Below the pieces are notes generated by a model. The model worked only from the letters and a program-made list of their open reading frames with translations. It was not told where the DNA came from and searched no databases. 64,000 nucleotides of DNA from Daphnia carinata (taxonomy: Eukaryota), in NCBI RefSeq assembly GCF_022539665.2, contig NC_081333.1:8308001-8372000 (forward strand), in the 5' to 3' direction. The position numbers and the translations under genes were made by a program. Numbering within the stretch: position 1 is the first letter of the stretch; each line of letters opens with the position of its first letter. Positions 26,482 through 40,800 of the stretch are shown here, one piece after another.

Positions 26482-29400
26482 CAAATTCCGTGATGAAAAT
26501 GGGAGTTTCCAGCGATGGTTGCTGGTCGAACCCAGAGTATGTGGACCGAATAGATTTGTGGGGATTTCTTTCAAAATGATGCTACCCTTTCGACCCCCCG
26601 AAATCTTTTCCTTCCAAAACCCAAGGATTTTTTTTTTTCCCTCCGTTTCCTTTAAAAACAAATCCTCCCTCATTATCATAGACACGCTGAATTGGGGAAA
26701 AAAGAGATGAACAAAAAATAAAAATACCTCGAATACCTCAAATGGGGAAATAAATATGCTCAAACCGGGCACAGGTATTCGTGTTATTTTGTGCTACGCC
26801 ACCGCTAATTATCCGAAAAAGTAAACTACTTTTCCGCTAGTCGTTAGCATTTCAACCAATACAAAGAGAATCGAAAAGTCAATATTAAACGCGCATTCCA
26901 ATCTCAACTAGAACTGAAACGTTCGCCTTGAATAGAAAGGTAGAGATAATCGCGTAGAAGTCTACTCGATTAGGCCTACGTTTTTCCAACAGGCGATTCG
27001 TTTCTAGTCTCAACATAAAAAAAGATCAAACCAAAAACGGCATTTTGTCACAAGAAGATAAAAACAAACAAGAGACTGATACACTCCAATCCTATTCGAT
27101 TCTCCCTCACTTGTTTCTTTTTTCAAAAAAACATTGGCCGACGGATTTAACATTACTAATTCCAACTATCATTCCAACAGACCGCCCTTCAATTTTTTTT
27201 TTTCTATTATCCTTCCCCCTTTAATTCTCCCGTTTCGATTCCAAACGAATGCACCATTTGACTGCATAAACACACACAAGTGGGCGAGAATGTCATTCGA
27301 CTGTAATCTAACAGGATTTTGTATGATTTCAAAACAGGCAAGCAGAGGGAGGTCTTCAGCTTCCAGCTGGAAGGAAAAAGGGCGTAGCAAAATTTAAAAA
27401 AAAAAAAGCTGGTCGGAAGAAAAAATTGTAAATCAAATCTCGTCTGGACTAATGTTACCGTACATAATCACATCGGCTCTCGCATATAATCTACAACGAT
27501 ACCAATCAAGTCAAGCAGCCCAAACAAACAAAGAAGAAGAGCCCTCCTAGACATCCATTTTGTTTTCCTCTTTCGCAGGTTGATATTTATTAACGTCTTC
27601 TGCAAGACGACGAACAATAGTGATACTGATAGGCTATTATTCATTGAAAAAAAAAATCTAGCTCGCCATCGGGTTACCACCGGTCATTATCCATTGCTCC
27701 TCTGTTTCAACAATAGGAAAAAAAAAAAAAAAAAAAAAAAAAAAATTACACCGTGTAGTTAGTTCTGGACTCTCAATTTCGATCCCCCACCGCAGTCTGT
27801 TATTTCAACGAAAAGAAAATGGACGCAATGATTGGTATAGAGGAGCAAACGTAATGGCACCGTGGTAGCGGTAGGAGTTAGTAGTAGAATTTTCGTGGAC
27901 AGTTTACACGCCACGGGGATTCGTGAAAGAGTACATATAATAACACTATACGTATAGAGCTTTACAATGAAACCTCCCCAACTCCCCGGCTTTTTTTTTT
28001 TCAACATGGGGTGTTTATGAGGGTTTTCATTCTCAGCGTTTTAGGCGCTTGGATGCCGAAACAAAACGACGGATAATGCTTCGTTCAAACTGATGCGCAC
28101 GTCGACTACGACACTTAATGAAGGTTAATAAAAACAAACGAGTCATGGATACAGCACAGGTCTTTGTGTGTGTTCACGAGGACGGACAGAAGAAAAAAAA
28201 AAAAAAAAAAAGGTCAAAGAGGCGGGTAGCATTTTCAGCTGACAAGCGGCGGGTTTTTTGTTTTCAAAACGAAAAATTAACGATTTTTCTTTCTCTCTTC
28301 TTTTTTTGCCGATAATTTCCTACCATTAAAAAAAGAGAGAAAGAAAACGTCAGCAGCCAAAAGAGATCAGATAAGAGCGTAGATGGGATGGGGTTAAGAT
28401 GTCCGCCATGGTTATGAGACTCGATTAGAAGACAACACACACACACAAAAAAAAAAGAACGGGAAGGTAAAGGATAGTTAAATCTATTGAAGAAGAAGGA
28501 AAACCCAATAGGCGACATGGAGAAAAACTGTGCGCAGAGGAGGACCACACACATGAGTGGGTAAAAAGAATAAAGGCACGCGTCGGCTGCAACAGTGTGC
28601 CGATGCCGATCAGTTCTTCCGCGTTTTTATCAGGTGCCGCCATGACACAACTGCCCAGACGTTTTGTCTTTTCCATCTTCCAACCCCCCGTCCTCCATAT
28701 GAAGCTCTCGGACGACAAAGACAGAGAGGAGACGGGCACAAAAAAAAAAAAGAAGAAAAGAAAAACATCGTCAACTCTCGGCGAAGGCGGACTAAGAAGA
28801 GAGGCTTAACACGTAAAAAAAATCCACGTGAAGGGACGTTTAAAAATTCGAATAAGGCGATGGCTTATCGACAAGAGCGGGGGCTATATGGTTTTGGACA
28901 CCAGAGTGACAGTGAGCGCGCGCATGGAGAAAGCCAACCAAACTGAAAATGGTGAAGCTAAAACGCTACAAACAATACTAGAACGTGTGCATGTGCGTGG
29001 GTTGCGTAGAGTTTTAAAAAAAGAAGACAAAGTTAAGATATGACTGTTTCCGTCTCTCTACATTTTTGGGTAGTTTCAATTTGGTTTGGTACTTCCTCTT
29101 ACGGAATTGAGCGATAAGTTTAAAGAATGGCTCCGGTCCGAATGGCCGACAGGCAATCCAAAGACAACAGACGGTGTCACACACAAAGTCTGAGCCTTTT
29201 GTTTGTGAATTCAAAATGTCCATAGAAAAAAAAAGGTCAGTTGCCTTCAGTGTTCAATCACACGGCGAAGTGCCTAATCCAAACATAATACTTAAAGACA
29301 TCTCTCATCTCCATTCGAGACCGACCACGTGAAATCAAAAGTTTAAAAAGAAAAAAAAAATGAAAAATTTCAAGACAGATATCGTTGGATGAAAAACAAG

Positions 29401-31777
29401 GAAACGTAGTCAACGATAAAATTTGAAAATTTCACGGTTGACACAAGATAATCAATCTCTTTCTCAGCCTTTTTTAGCTGGTCATCGATTCAAAAATAAA
29501 ACACGAAATTCAAGAAAAGTTTTTTACAAAAAAAAAAAAAGAAAGAAAATGAATCAAACGTGACATTTGTACCTTTTCATGAACATTTGGTTTAAAAAAA
29601 AAATGAAGGTGCCTATTCTGATAAGAAAATTTTGATCGAATCCGTTACGTTAAATTGAAGTAGCATAGATCAAGGTATGTCGCAAGCTTTCGCAATGATG
29701 TGCGCTAGGTCGTTTCCAAAGGACAAAAGCGAGAGAGAGACAGTGGTATCAAAGTGATGAAAGAATGGCTGGTTGGCAGCGCAGTCTCGAGCCCCACCTA
29801 TCCGATTAATTTACGGTAGAGTGGGAGGGGGGAGGAGCTTGAATTGAAATCAGTCAGGAGAAGGAACGAGTTGGTGGAGCTTTTGTCACCATTATACACA
29901 GCGCACACAAAGAGATACAAGTTTTTTTCTGTGTATTTTTTTTTTTAGAAAAAGAATAGCTGAAACTGGGAGTCGCTTTCAGTGTCTGCCGACGGCTCTT
30001 TCATATTCAACAACAACAAAAAAAAAAAAAAAAAAAACGTGTAAGATGAGGCCATTCATCAAAATGCGGAGCGACAATGAGAAGGGAGTCGGCTGTTATG
30101 TAAAATAAGGACTTGGATGCTCAATGGACGGCTTTTACAAGCACGCATCTGCAAAAGCTTTGATTATTCATCCGGGCGGCGATACAAGGGACGAAGGCAA
30201 AACCATTGCGCATCCGAATTTCGTTTTTATGCAATTCAGCGCACACAAACCGCTCACCATTGGTCGATATTCTCGGAACCCAACCCGTTTCACGACACAC
30301 AAAGCGCAGCCTGTAGTGCCACCTTTTCTTGAAAGCTCAACTTTTGACACGGCATATGCAAATCGCTACCTACGGGTGTAGACCTCGATAGCTCAATGCG
30401 GATAGTTTCAACTCACGGCATTTTCGCTCGAATAGTACTAAACTATACTGACACGGAAATCGTCGACCATCCCCATCCATAATTTCTATTGACTTAACGA
30501 AACGAAAAATAAAAAGTTGCCTACCTTGTCAGCTGCTTTTGTAGGCGGGACGAACGTAGACAGGCCAACCAACCGACGACTTGCAGTTTAATCCTAAAAC
30601 AAAGAAGAAAAACGACAATTAATTATACATAACTTGATGAATCAAATTCAAATCTTTATTTTTTTAAATATACATATATAATTTTCGATCCCCCCACCCT
30701 CCAGTTTAATGTGTTTTTTTCCCGTTTTAGACCAATAATAGTTCGTGTCGATAGAGAAAGTGATAAATGTGTGACGTGCGCTGTTGTTGTTTTGCTGCTT
30801 CCTGCTGCTCCTTCGACCCTACGTTGCGATAGCAGACGATCGATAAGAGATTGATTTGCCTAAACCCCCCCCCCCCTTTCCCCTTCGAAAACGGTGCGAG
30901 AAGTGTGGAAGAATGCATACATTTTTTTTTTGTTCTTCACCCTCAAAGAAAAAAAAACGATTACGGGTCGCGAGGGGACAGTTACTAATCGCCAGCCATT
31001 ACGAGATGGGGGGACATCTTGATCAGAATATTTTTTGTTTGTTTGTTTTTGTTTGTCGATGGACGCGAAGTGACTCTGTGACCGTGTTAAAAGACGACAA
31101 CATTCTTTCGCGATCAGACCCCCATCCATCTGCCCATCACAAAGCTATCGCTTTGGATGAACATTTAAAAGAAAAATGTCGACGTTAAAACAAAAATTCT
31201 GTTCAATAGCAAAAGAAAATAGAAGCAAAAGGCGATAGGTTTCTTAAGAGTTAGTTTGTTTCCTTCAATCTAGGCGCGGGAACATTTCAGTTAGTTCCCT
31301 TCGCAACGAGGTTGGATCGGACCGAATGGAATGCGGGAACTTGCTCTAGCCTGAAATTTTGTTTTGTTGTCTTTTATTTTTTTTTATATTTCTTTTCTTT
31401 CCTCATTTTTCATATTTTGTTTCATAACGACTCTCTTTTCTGACCGTGTGAACCGTACAAAACGAAAAGAGATAGATAAAAAAAAGGGCTGTTTTCAACG
31501 GCAAACCAATATACCTCATCTTTTTTTTCAAATGAATTATTCAAAAAAAAAACGACGATGAAAAAAATGTGTCCCGCCAGTCTCAGTCTGATTTCCTATT
31601 TTCTTTTCGTCTTTCCTTAACCCCTCCTGCCGTGTGACGACGTGACATCTTCAACTCTCTCCACACGCTACATAATCCATACTCTCGTTCTTAGCCCTGT
31701 CTATTCATGAAGGAGGACCCCCCTTTTTTCCCAAACTTCACACGCCAAGTGTGTGATTTATGTTCCAACATCACTTG

Positions 31778-31819
<42 letters not shown>

Positions 31820-34800
31820 GAAACAGAAAAAAATATATATATATATATAAATTTTGGCGAACGTTTTTCTTTTCTTCTTTTCCACACAATTCTTTAAGAA
31901 TGTTGTAATAATTCTGTTGTCACATCCCCATCGATTTACTTCAAATTAGAAATCGAACCGTGGACACTTACAAACAGAGATGAACCGGGAGATACCTACA
32001 TGGTTGCTGCTGGGTTTTAAAATTTGAATATCATTTGCTAGAAGAACTAAATAAGCAAGTATGCCCGGAATGCAAACGTTTACGTTCTCATCCACGTTGT
32101 TGCCTCCCCTTGTCTTCATTAAGCCACATAATGAATGTATTCTCCCCCCCCCCCCACCCCAAAAAAAAAACTTTTTTGATATGATATATTTCAATGATTT
32201 TTATTGTGCTGGTAGTGTGTTCCCAACCAGCGGGGCGATCGTTATATAAATCTACCTGGGCCCCCTTTTTTTATTCTTTTTTTTTAAGACAAGGGACCAA
32301 CTTCTTCTGACAGCACCTCCAGCAGCAAGAATTCCTACCTATTCCTCCGCCCCCTGAAAAATATGGGCATTCTTTCACATTGTTGGAAGAAAATTTCAAA
32401 CTTTATTGGGTATTTTCCTCTTTTTCTTTTTGCTTTCCTTCCCAATTTTGTTGTGTGCAGACGCTTCAATCTTGAATCGTTTTAGTTAACGGAATCATAT
32501 TTTTTTTTTCTCACGCGGGTTTTATTTGATTCAATAAAGAACAATCGCAAGCTGAACTATTGACTTCGCACTGACGTCTTGCCTATCAATTTTTCAGAAC
32601 TTTGGACGAAATCGATTGATGTAACTTCATTATCAGATGTCAAGTAGTCACAAACAGCATTTCATTATGTTGGTACAAGCTACTGCACAAAAGTGTCGAA
32701 ACATGGCCGACACATACGCTACACATTTAATCCAGTCCAAACGAATTTCTTTTTTCAATTACCATCCGTCCTAAAATACATAAAATTATGCTATCCACGC
32801 ATTTTTGTTTTGCGTCGAAACATAGTTCACGGCAGTTCAGACTGGAAAACAAAACATCAAAAAATCACTTAGGGACGACGTTAAATAAAAAAAAAAAGTG
32901 ACGTCTGAAATGGAGTGAAAATATTTGAACAGGCTGGCTACCAACCGGGCGCTTATCGAACACAGACAGATGTGTCACCGAGTTTGCAAGATGTGGGGTG
33001 CTGTGGCGTCGTAAACGCCAGAGCGAGGCTCCAAAAAAAAAAAAAGGCGCCATCATATCGGAAGAGGGTTTTTTTCCCCCACTATTATTATTGACAAGCG
33101 TCTCACCTTATTCATAGTGTACTGTCTACCTCTTAAAAAGAAAAAAAAGAAAAAACACACCGACAGAATAATAATCTCTCTTCCGTCTGTTCTCACGCAA
33201 GTGTCGCCAGTCGCACAGCAAACGATAGAGAAACGTTCCAGACATCAGAAGGCCCGACCTAGGCGACTCACGTCCGTTCCCGCTAGTACAGAGCGGAGTC
33301 TCGAATCCCATCAGAAGCTTGCGCACTTAAGCCACCGTTAGCTGTCAATTTTGGCGACAACGTAGAGTGATGGGCAATCACACCTGCAGTCGATCGTCTC
33401 GAAATTAAGTACTGACATACGGTTTCGTGTGTTTTAGATTTCAAAAGTTGACCTTTTCGGGAGCCATTCCAGGAAAAAAAAAAATAAACGAGTCCTACAC
33501 ATCAACGACGCAGTCGTATTTGAGTGGATGACTATCGTCGGGGTTTCTCTGTTATTTGACTTTACTTTTCACACTTCCGGTTACTTCACCTTCGAATCTG
33601 ATGAGCGTTATTCACTTGTGACGTTATTTTCGAAATGGCGATGGCCAAGAGGGCAAAGTCATAATTGTAAGTGAATTGTTAGAGGTTGTTGCAACAGCTC
33701 AAAATCGAAGTTTAAAAAACGCATTTTGTCATGCCCCGTTATTGTTGGTTTTTCACATTGACGTTGTCTTGTTGCAGCACGGAAAGAAAAAGGAACAAAA
33801 GAACACGTTCGAACGTAAAAAAAATGAGTCAAAAATCATCTTTCGGTAGGAAAAGCGTGACTAATCTTTGTACTAGTCTCCATGTTTGCTTTCGAAATAA
33901 CAAGTTAAGGGCAACAGAGTTTATGAAATCAGTAGCAACATGCCCAATCTCAAGTATCGACGAGAGCATGTAAAAATGCTGTTTCCCATCTGACTAATCA
34001 AACGTTGAGAGGAGCCATGCTCAATCTTAACTAGTTCAACGTGTTGAGCACACGACATTATCTCGACAAATGGAAGATGGACTAAAAAACAAAAAGATCA
34101 GGCGCATGGCGTTCAGCACTCGCTCTCTTTACTGATCCCTTTGGCTCGCCCAGTTCAGGTCCAACCTAAACCATTCACTTGATTTACTATCGGACGGAAA
34201 CGCACGTTGAGTTTCGTTTCAATCCCACACAAATATCTCTGCAACCTTAAAAGCTTTTCCGTGCCAGTCTGTTTTCCTTCCCCCTCTCCTTCCCTAAGTT
34301 TTAAGTGGAAATACCGCAGACTCATTTGCGATTCTAATGAACTCAAATATTTTGGTCGCATTGAAGCAAATAATAGACAGACCCCTTTTAGCACACACGC
34401 GGAGTTTCAGAATGCGAACAGGACAAAAAGAAGGGGGAAAAGAAAATGGTCAGGTCACTTGTTTTTGACACTGATACCACAGATTATTACTATGCCAGAA
34501 AAGCCAAAACGAAAGGGGTATATGCGCGCATACACGGGTATTGGCTTGTGTACTACATGTAAACCATATAAGAGACAAGCATGAAGAACAAGGAGGGGCG
34601 CACTTTCGACTCTGAGATCCCCCGTGAACTGCTGATTTTTCTGCGTCTGTGTGTTCCGACTTGTGAATGTGTGACAAGAGCTTTGATCTTGTTCCCCCCT
34701 TTTTCTTGTAGATTTCAGTCCCCCCATTGCTCTAGGCCAGCTCTGTCGTCGACAGAGGGTTAACTAAAATATATTATATATTTATATACATTTTCTGTTT

Positions 34801-35472
34801 TTCTTTTTTCTCCTTTCTTTTATGAGTGAAAAGAACCTAGGAGACCTCCATTTTTTTCTTTAGTGGTTCTGAATGTTGTGCGTGTCGATGGTATCCCGCT
34901 AGGCGAAGAACCGCTTACGATGGACACCCGTCGACTCCGCGTACGCCTTGGCAAAAAAAAAAAAAAAGTTTTGTTTCATTCTTGATTTTGTTATTGTGTT
35001 ACTATCCCTTGGATATTTTACTATGCCTGTCTTTTGCACCATTCTTTTTTCTTTTCTTTTTTTCAAGAAACATCGACAGTCTTTACGTGGCCTTTTTAAA
35101 ATTCTTCTCGAATGCCACTGATGTTGTTGATTATAAAGAGCTCTAATCTTAAAAACTTTGTTTTTTTCCCATTCATTTTTCACGCAGAAAATAGGACAGA
35201 AAACAAAAAACACTAGCGGAATGTGAAATACATTTACGTTTGACGTTAAGGTATTTCGAATTTCTTGTCTGTGACGACACGTCCAGATTGTGCCAATGAA
35301 TTATGGCTAGGTGACACCTCTCTCTCTCTGGCACACTCTGCGGTCGTCGCTGTCACCAAGCCCGTCGTCGACGCTTTGTTATTTCGCCCTGCGAGAGCCG
35401 ATAGAAGTTGAAAAGAGGCAAATCATATGGTCCGAAAAAATGTCAAGAGGGTTGTATAGCATACAAAAAGGG

Positions 35473-35509
<37 letters not shown>

Positions 35510-36393
35510 GGCCTTTTAACCCCCCCCCCCCTCAAGTCTAACAAACGAAAAATGAGCAAACAGGTAGGCGACTGATGCTATCGGGGGTTTGAAAGTCGGC
35601 GACAAACGAGTCCATCACAAACAGTGCGCGCCCGCGCGCTCTCTCACTCATGGATCTTATCGTTTCCCCTCTCAACGTCACGAGCATACACCTTTTATAT
35701 ATTTATATATATAAATAAGTGATTAGCCGGGGATGTCAAATCACCCTGTACACACTCAAGAGGATTTCTCATACCTCAAGGAGAAACGAATAACAACGAC
35801 AAAAAAAAAAAAAATAAGTTTCTTATCTCGCGTCAACGGCCTGTTTGACAACTCTATTGATCCCAAGTCTAACACATACGCAGCACCAAAGACGAAAGAG
35901 AAAAAAAAAAAACACATCACCAACTCTTTTTTGTTTCCTATTCAAAAAAGACCTCGGATGTCGGCACCAGACGCGACTCCGAGACTGGACAAATGGAGGG
36001 GAAGAGAAAACAAATTTCCATTTCTCTCCTGATATAACAGTTGAGATAGTAAAGTATGTTCCGTTTCCCAAAGAAATTTAAAACGAAAAAAAAAAAAAAA
36101 AATCTTTAATAATATGCAAATTTGATGAAATAAAACGATCGCAGAATAGACACGGAACGAAGGAAAAAAAAAAACATATCTGGCTCAAACGCATGTTATT
36201 AGAAGGATCCGCGCAATAAAACAGTAGGGGCGGCTGCCTTAAGTTTATTGCGGATCGTGTTGCTATTACAACGCAATATCGACGTATAACCAAGAGACAT
36301 TGGACCATGTAAATGAAAATTCGTGGGAGTGGATCAATGAAAAAAGAAAAAAAGACGACGAGGTCACGAATTCACCGATCATCAGAAATGTTA

Positions 36394-36420
36394 GCCGCCG
36401 CCGCCGCCGACGCCGCCGCC
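36394..36420. repeat. (GCC)n trinucleotide repeat
   Basis: GCCGCCGCCGCCGCCGACGCCGCCGCC in non-coding context. Confidence 0.85.
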
Positions 36421-37555
36421 ATTCCGTTATCAACTTTGTTCGGTAAGCGAAAAACGAAAGAACGAAAGAAAAAAAACTTTATGAAAATATGGAACCCGGG
36501 AGGTGGAAAAGGAGGAGCTGTCTAAGAGGGAGTGACCTCGCCTTAACTTGTCCTGTCATTATGCGATAACACGGAGAGACGCACGGAAAGAAAAGAAGAA
36601 AAAAACAACACGCGGGATTGAAGAATTATGTTGCGCCAGCCCATACGGCGTCCGGCAAATGGGCAATAGCGCTCCGATCCGCGCGCCCAGCCGAAGTCTT
36701 TCCCACGCTACAAGTTTTTTTTTTCTCGTTTCATTGTCAGCGCGCGCACCTACGCTCTTTTCCCTTTTCTTTTTTTTTTTATCACGAGCTCAATTCATTT
36801 ACAACCGATAAAACGAATCGACAGAGAACAACGGCAAAACGACGGATCCAAGAAGAAAAAAAAAATATATAAATGTTTTATCATCAACCACCGCAAGCAC
36901 TACCACCAAAAAAATGTTGACGGTAAATCATAAAAAAAAAGGACGAAAAAAAAAAGAAAGAAAAAAGGTTTCCCATGCGGGCGGTAAGGAGTTGCGAGAG
37001 CTGCAGGCAGAGTGCAAGCTGCCGAGATAAATCAGAAATGATGTTGGAAACTATCCAGCCCCATCGCATACATAACCTTCATTAACTGTGTTCTTTTCTT
37101 TCTGTTGGCTTCTTTCACTATATTATTTTGTCGAAAGAGAGAAACGAAACGCTCAGCCATAAAGGAAGGATATGTAGGTGTGTGTGTGTATAGACGGAAA
37201 GAGTGGTGTAGTAGGAGTAGTAAAAGAGAAAATAAAAAGGATAGAGTTGCAGTTTGCTTTTTTTTTTTTTTCCGGGGGACCCCTTTTCGATAAGTGGGGG
37301 CCATGATGCTGCGTGGTTGCGTATTATTCATGTACAGTGGCGCGGGGGAGGAGATCCGTCCTGAGGAAGTCAACAGAATCGATGGATGTTCGCTTCCATC
37401 TTTTCTAGGAACACAGGAAAAACGGAAAAAAAATTCAAATAAGGGAAGGAAGGAGTCGACGCAGGGGTTTGATTGTCTACGGCGAAGTAGGGCCAATACG
37501 CAATAATGTACTCGCTGAAAATGTCCCTCCTACTTTTAAAGGATAGACATGGACA

Positions 37556-37559
37556 CGGG

Positions 37560-37604
<45 letters not shown>

Positions 37605-37622
37605 AGAGAGAGAGAGAGAGAA
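37556..37622. repeat. (GA)n / polypurine tract
   Basis: Continuous purine tract of GA repeats interrupted by GGGA units. Confidence 0.95.
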
Positions 37623-37840
37623 CAGAACCCAAACAAACCCCCCCCCCCCTGCAGAGCTTTTGACCATCAGCTTGTATATGTACATAAGAGAAACAACATT
37701 TTTCTTTCTCTTTTAAAGGGAGGGGTGAAAGCTCTGCTGCTGTTGTCTTTGCATATTTTTTTTTTTTTTTTACAAAATGGTTCAGATATTTAATTTTGAA
37801 CAATATTTTCTTCCATCTTATTGGAAAATGTATAACGAAG

Positions 37841-37875
<35 letters not shown>

Positions 37876-40800
37876 AAACGGAGGAGGGCAAGTTTTGAAA
37901 TAACAAATGGCACCTGCCAACAGGTATACAGCAGGGCTGGCCATTTTGCTGCTGGCATCATGTCGCGGATAATGCCACAACCTCAAACTTCCTCTTTTCG
38001 TTCGCTGACCCATCATCGACTGTTGGCTCTCCCCCTTAAAAAAAAATTAAAACTGGAATTTTTAAGAACGACCACAAAAAAAAGGGCAAACCACGAACCA
38101 GCTTTTTCAATCTGGAATGGAATCTAACAGAGACTCGTGCTACGTCACCCACCAGATGGACTCTCAATTTGGAGGGATTTTTCAGAGCAAACTAATCTAT
38201 TTCTTCCCTTTTTTCATTTCTCCAAAAAATTGTGATGGCTGTTTCGGTGGGGCTTTAAAATAACGACCACATTTTCAACAACACCTGGACAGTGAGTACG
38301 CCTATTTCGCTCAACACTTCCGACCGGGTGTTTCAAAACATCGTACATCGTACGAGCAGCACAATATCCACGAAAATCGATCAATGACTACTACATGTAT
38401 CCCTCGAAAAAAAAAAAAAAAAATTCTCATTAGTTGGATTCTGCTGCTGCTGCTGCTGCTGCGGACCCCCCTTTCCTTCCCCTCATTGACCGCCAATAAC
38501 CAATAAGCTATTGCTATAGATAGATAGACTGTGGTGATAGAACAGCTGCCCTTTCATAATGCTTTATGGGTTTTAATGGGGGTAATTTTGTTTCCTCCTC
38601 TTCTCTCTTTTTTTTTTTTAACTAGCTCTTTAATTTTACAGAATTGAGAGGAAATTCGAAGAAGAAAAAAAAACATAATCAGCTGCTGCGGAATGTTCTG
38701 CTTTTTCTTTTAGAGGTATGCTCCAGAAGTAGAAGTGCCGCGCATTGGGTGAATTTGGGAAGCCAAAGGAATGCGGAATACGGGGGATGGAACGAAAGGT
38801 TTTAAAAAAACAAAAAAACACGGACCCTATTGATTTGTTAATAGCGTCGGCGTCAATTAGATGCGTCGGCCTATACAGTAAGGATCATATGCATCGATCC
38901 TTACACGACTAGAGAATGCCATGAATGTGGGGCGGAATAAAACGAGAAAGAATCTGTGAAAAGTTCGGAAACAAAAAGAGGCCCGCCAGCTGCCGATCGC
39001 CTCTTCCAATTTTTCTTGACATCCATTTTCCCAGTCTCAGTTTTCCCTTGTTTTGTTTGTTTGCGGCTCCATTCCCCCCTTTGGATAATGACAGCAAAAG
39101 AAAGAAAAAACAAAAAAACAAAACAAACGATAGTTTCACATTGTTCTTCTGTGATGCTCATATACATCACACGAGCTACTCCTCCCACCTTCTTTTGCCT
39201 TTCCGACCGGTAAGAGTGGCAACGGCTGGCAGTCAAGCATTTTTCCCGTTCCAAGACCAAAATTCGGTTACACAAGAGATTAAAAAAAAAAAAAATGGAA
39301 AATAAAAAACCACTCAAAGACCACAAACCCAACAGACATGTATCAAGTTCCTTATCGCAGATGGTTCAAAACAAAACAAAAAAGTCAAACGAGTTTGGAT
39401 TGTCCATCGATCTGCACGACTGTCACAAGAACCTTTACCTAACTATTATATGCTGTGCGATACTATTGTTGTTGAAATGGTTGTTATTACGCATCAACAT
39501 CCGTACGATTAAAGAACACCCAACGCGCCCCCCAACAGCCAAATATTTGCAAAGGTTAAGAGGTAAATACCATTAAAAAAAAAAAAAATTTGAAAAATGA
39601 AAATTACTCCGACGGATGACGCCTTCATTTTTCGTCAAGATAAAGAATTTGTTATGAAAATGGGCACATGCTAACGACGGCCTAAGTATGGGGTCCAACG
39701 AAAGAAGGACTCGGCGGAAATGCAAATCAGGATAAACTGTTGTAGTTTTCGTTGTAGACAAGAGAAAATGACACACTCCATTCTTTCCAAACCAAAGGGG
39801 GAAAAAAAAGGGAGTAAGGTTGTTAAAAGACTGAATGAGTTATACAAGTAGCAGTTATGTGAACAATGTGGCCACTTGTCCAGACTTCCAACCGTTTAAA
39901 TGTAATGACGGGTGTCGAGCGCGCACGCTGGCTAGGCAGCAAAAGAAAAAATTTAAACAATCCTTCGCCAGTTAAGTTTTTCTATTCGTCGCTTGACTTC
40001 ACAACGTCACGTTACGTTAGGAAGCAATCCGTCCGTTTCCAAAGCTGAAAAAAGATTTGAAAAGAGAATCACTTGACTGGCAAATAAGCTCAAGCGAGTT
40101 GCCTATTGTTGAGGCTATACGGAAACGTCCGAATTTATTTTTTAAAGAAAGTGAATAATAAAAAACAAAAGTGGAATGTTGTTATTGTATGGCGATGGGG
40201 CCAATAGTTTTAAAAAATTCTATCCTTATTATTGGATAAAAAATATTTTCTTCCCCTAATGTAAATGAAAAACTTGTTTGGCATTGCACGGCTGGCATGA
40301 CTGGGCGGACACACGTCATTTGGAGAATGACACGGATACTAGCAGCTTATATGCTCTCTATCTCGTTTGCCTACACTGAGATTTCATCGTAGAAATTCAG
40401 CGTGATGGAACTTGCGAGGGAGGGGATAACATTCCGGAACGTCGGTTTTCCTTCGCTCTGAAGTGTATCAGGTAACAACACACTGGCAGGGGGGCAGGGC
40501 CCCCCGTATGCCTCCATCTCTGCCACCTTATAAAGACTCATCAGATTGACTCGGTACGATTGAAATTTACACAGGTATATCTATACACACACACACACAT
40601 ACCTTGCTCGATCTAAATTTAAGAAGGTAAGGGGAAAAGGAAAAAAAAAAAAAAGAAAACAGTACGTAATCTAATACGGATCGATTTAGATCGACATAAT
40701 ACCGGTGCAGTGCCGGAATTTCAAAAATGTTTTCCTTTATTTTTTTTTTCTTTTTCATTTCCTTCTCGTTGAAATAAAATCCGGTAAAAAAAAAAAGAAT

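Noticed and set aside
40608..40694. 11-bp inverted repeat TCGATCTAAAT ... ATTTAGATCGA
   Set aside because: It is short, has no target-site duplication and I saw no second copy, which is insufficient for a MITE call.
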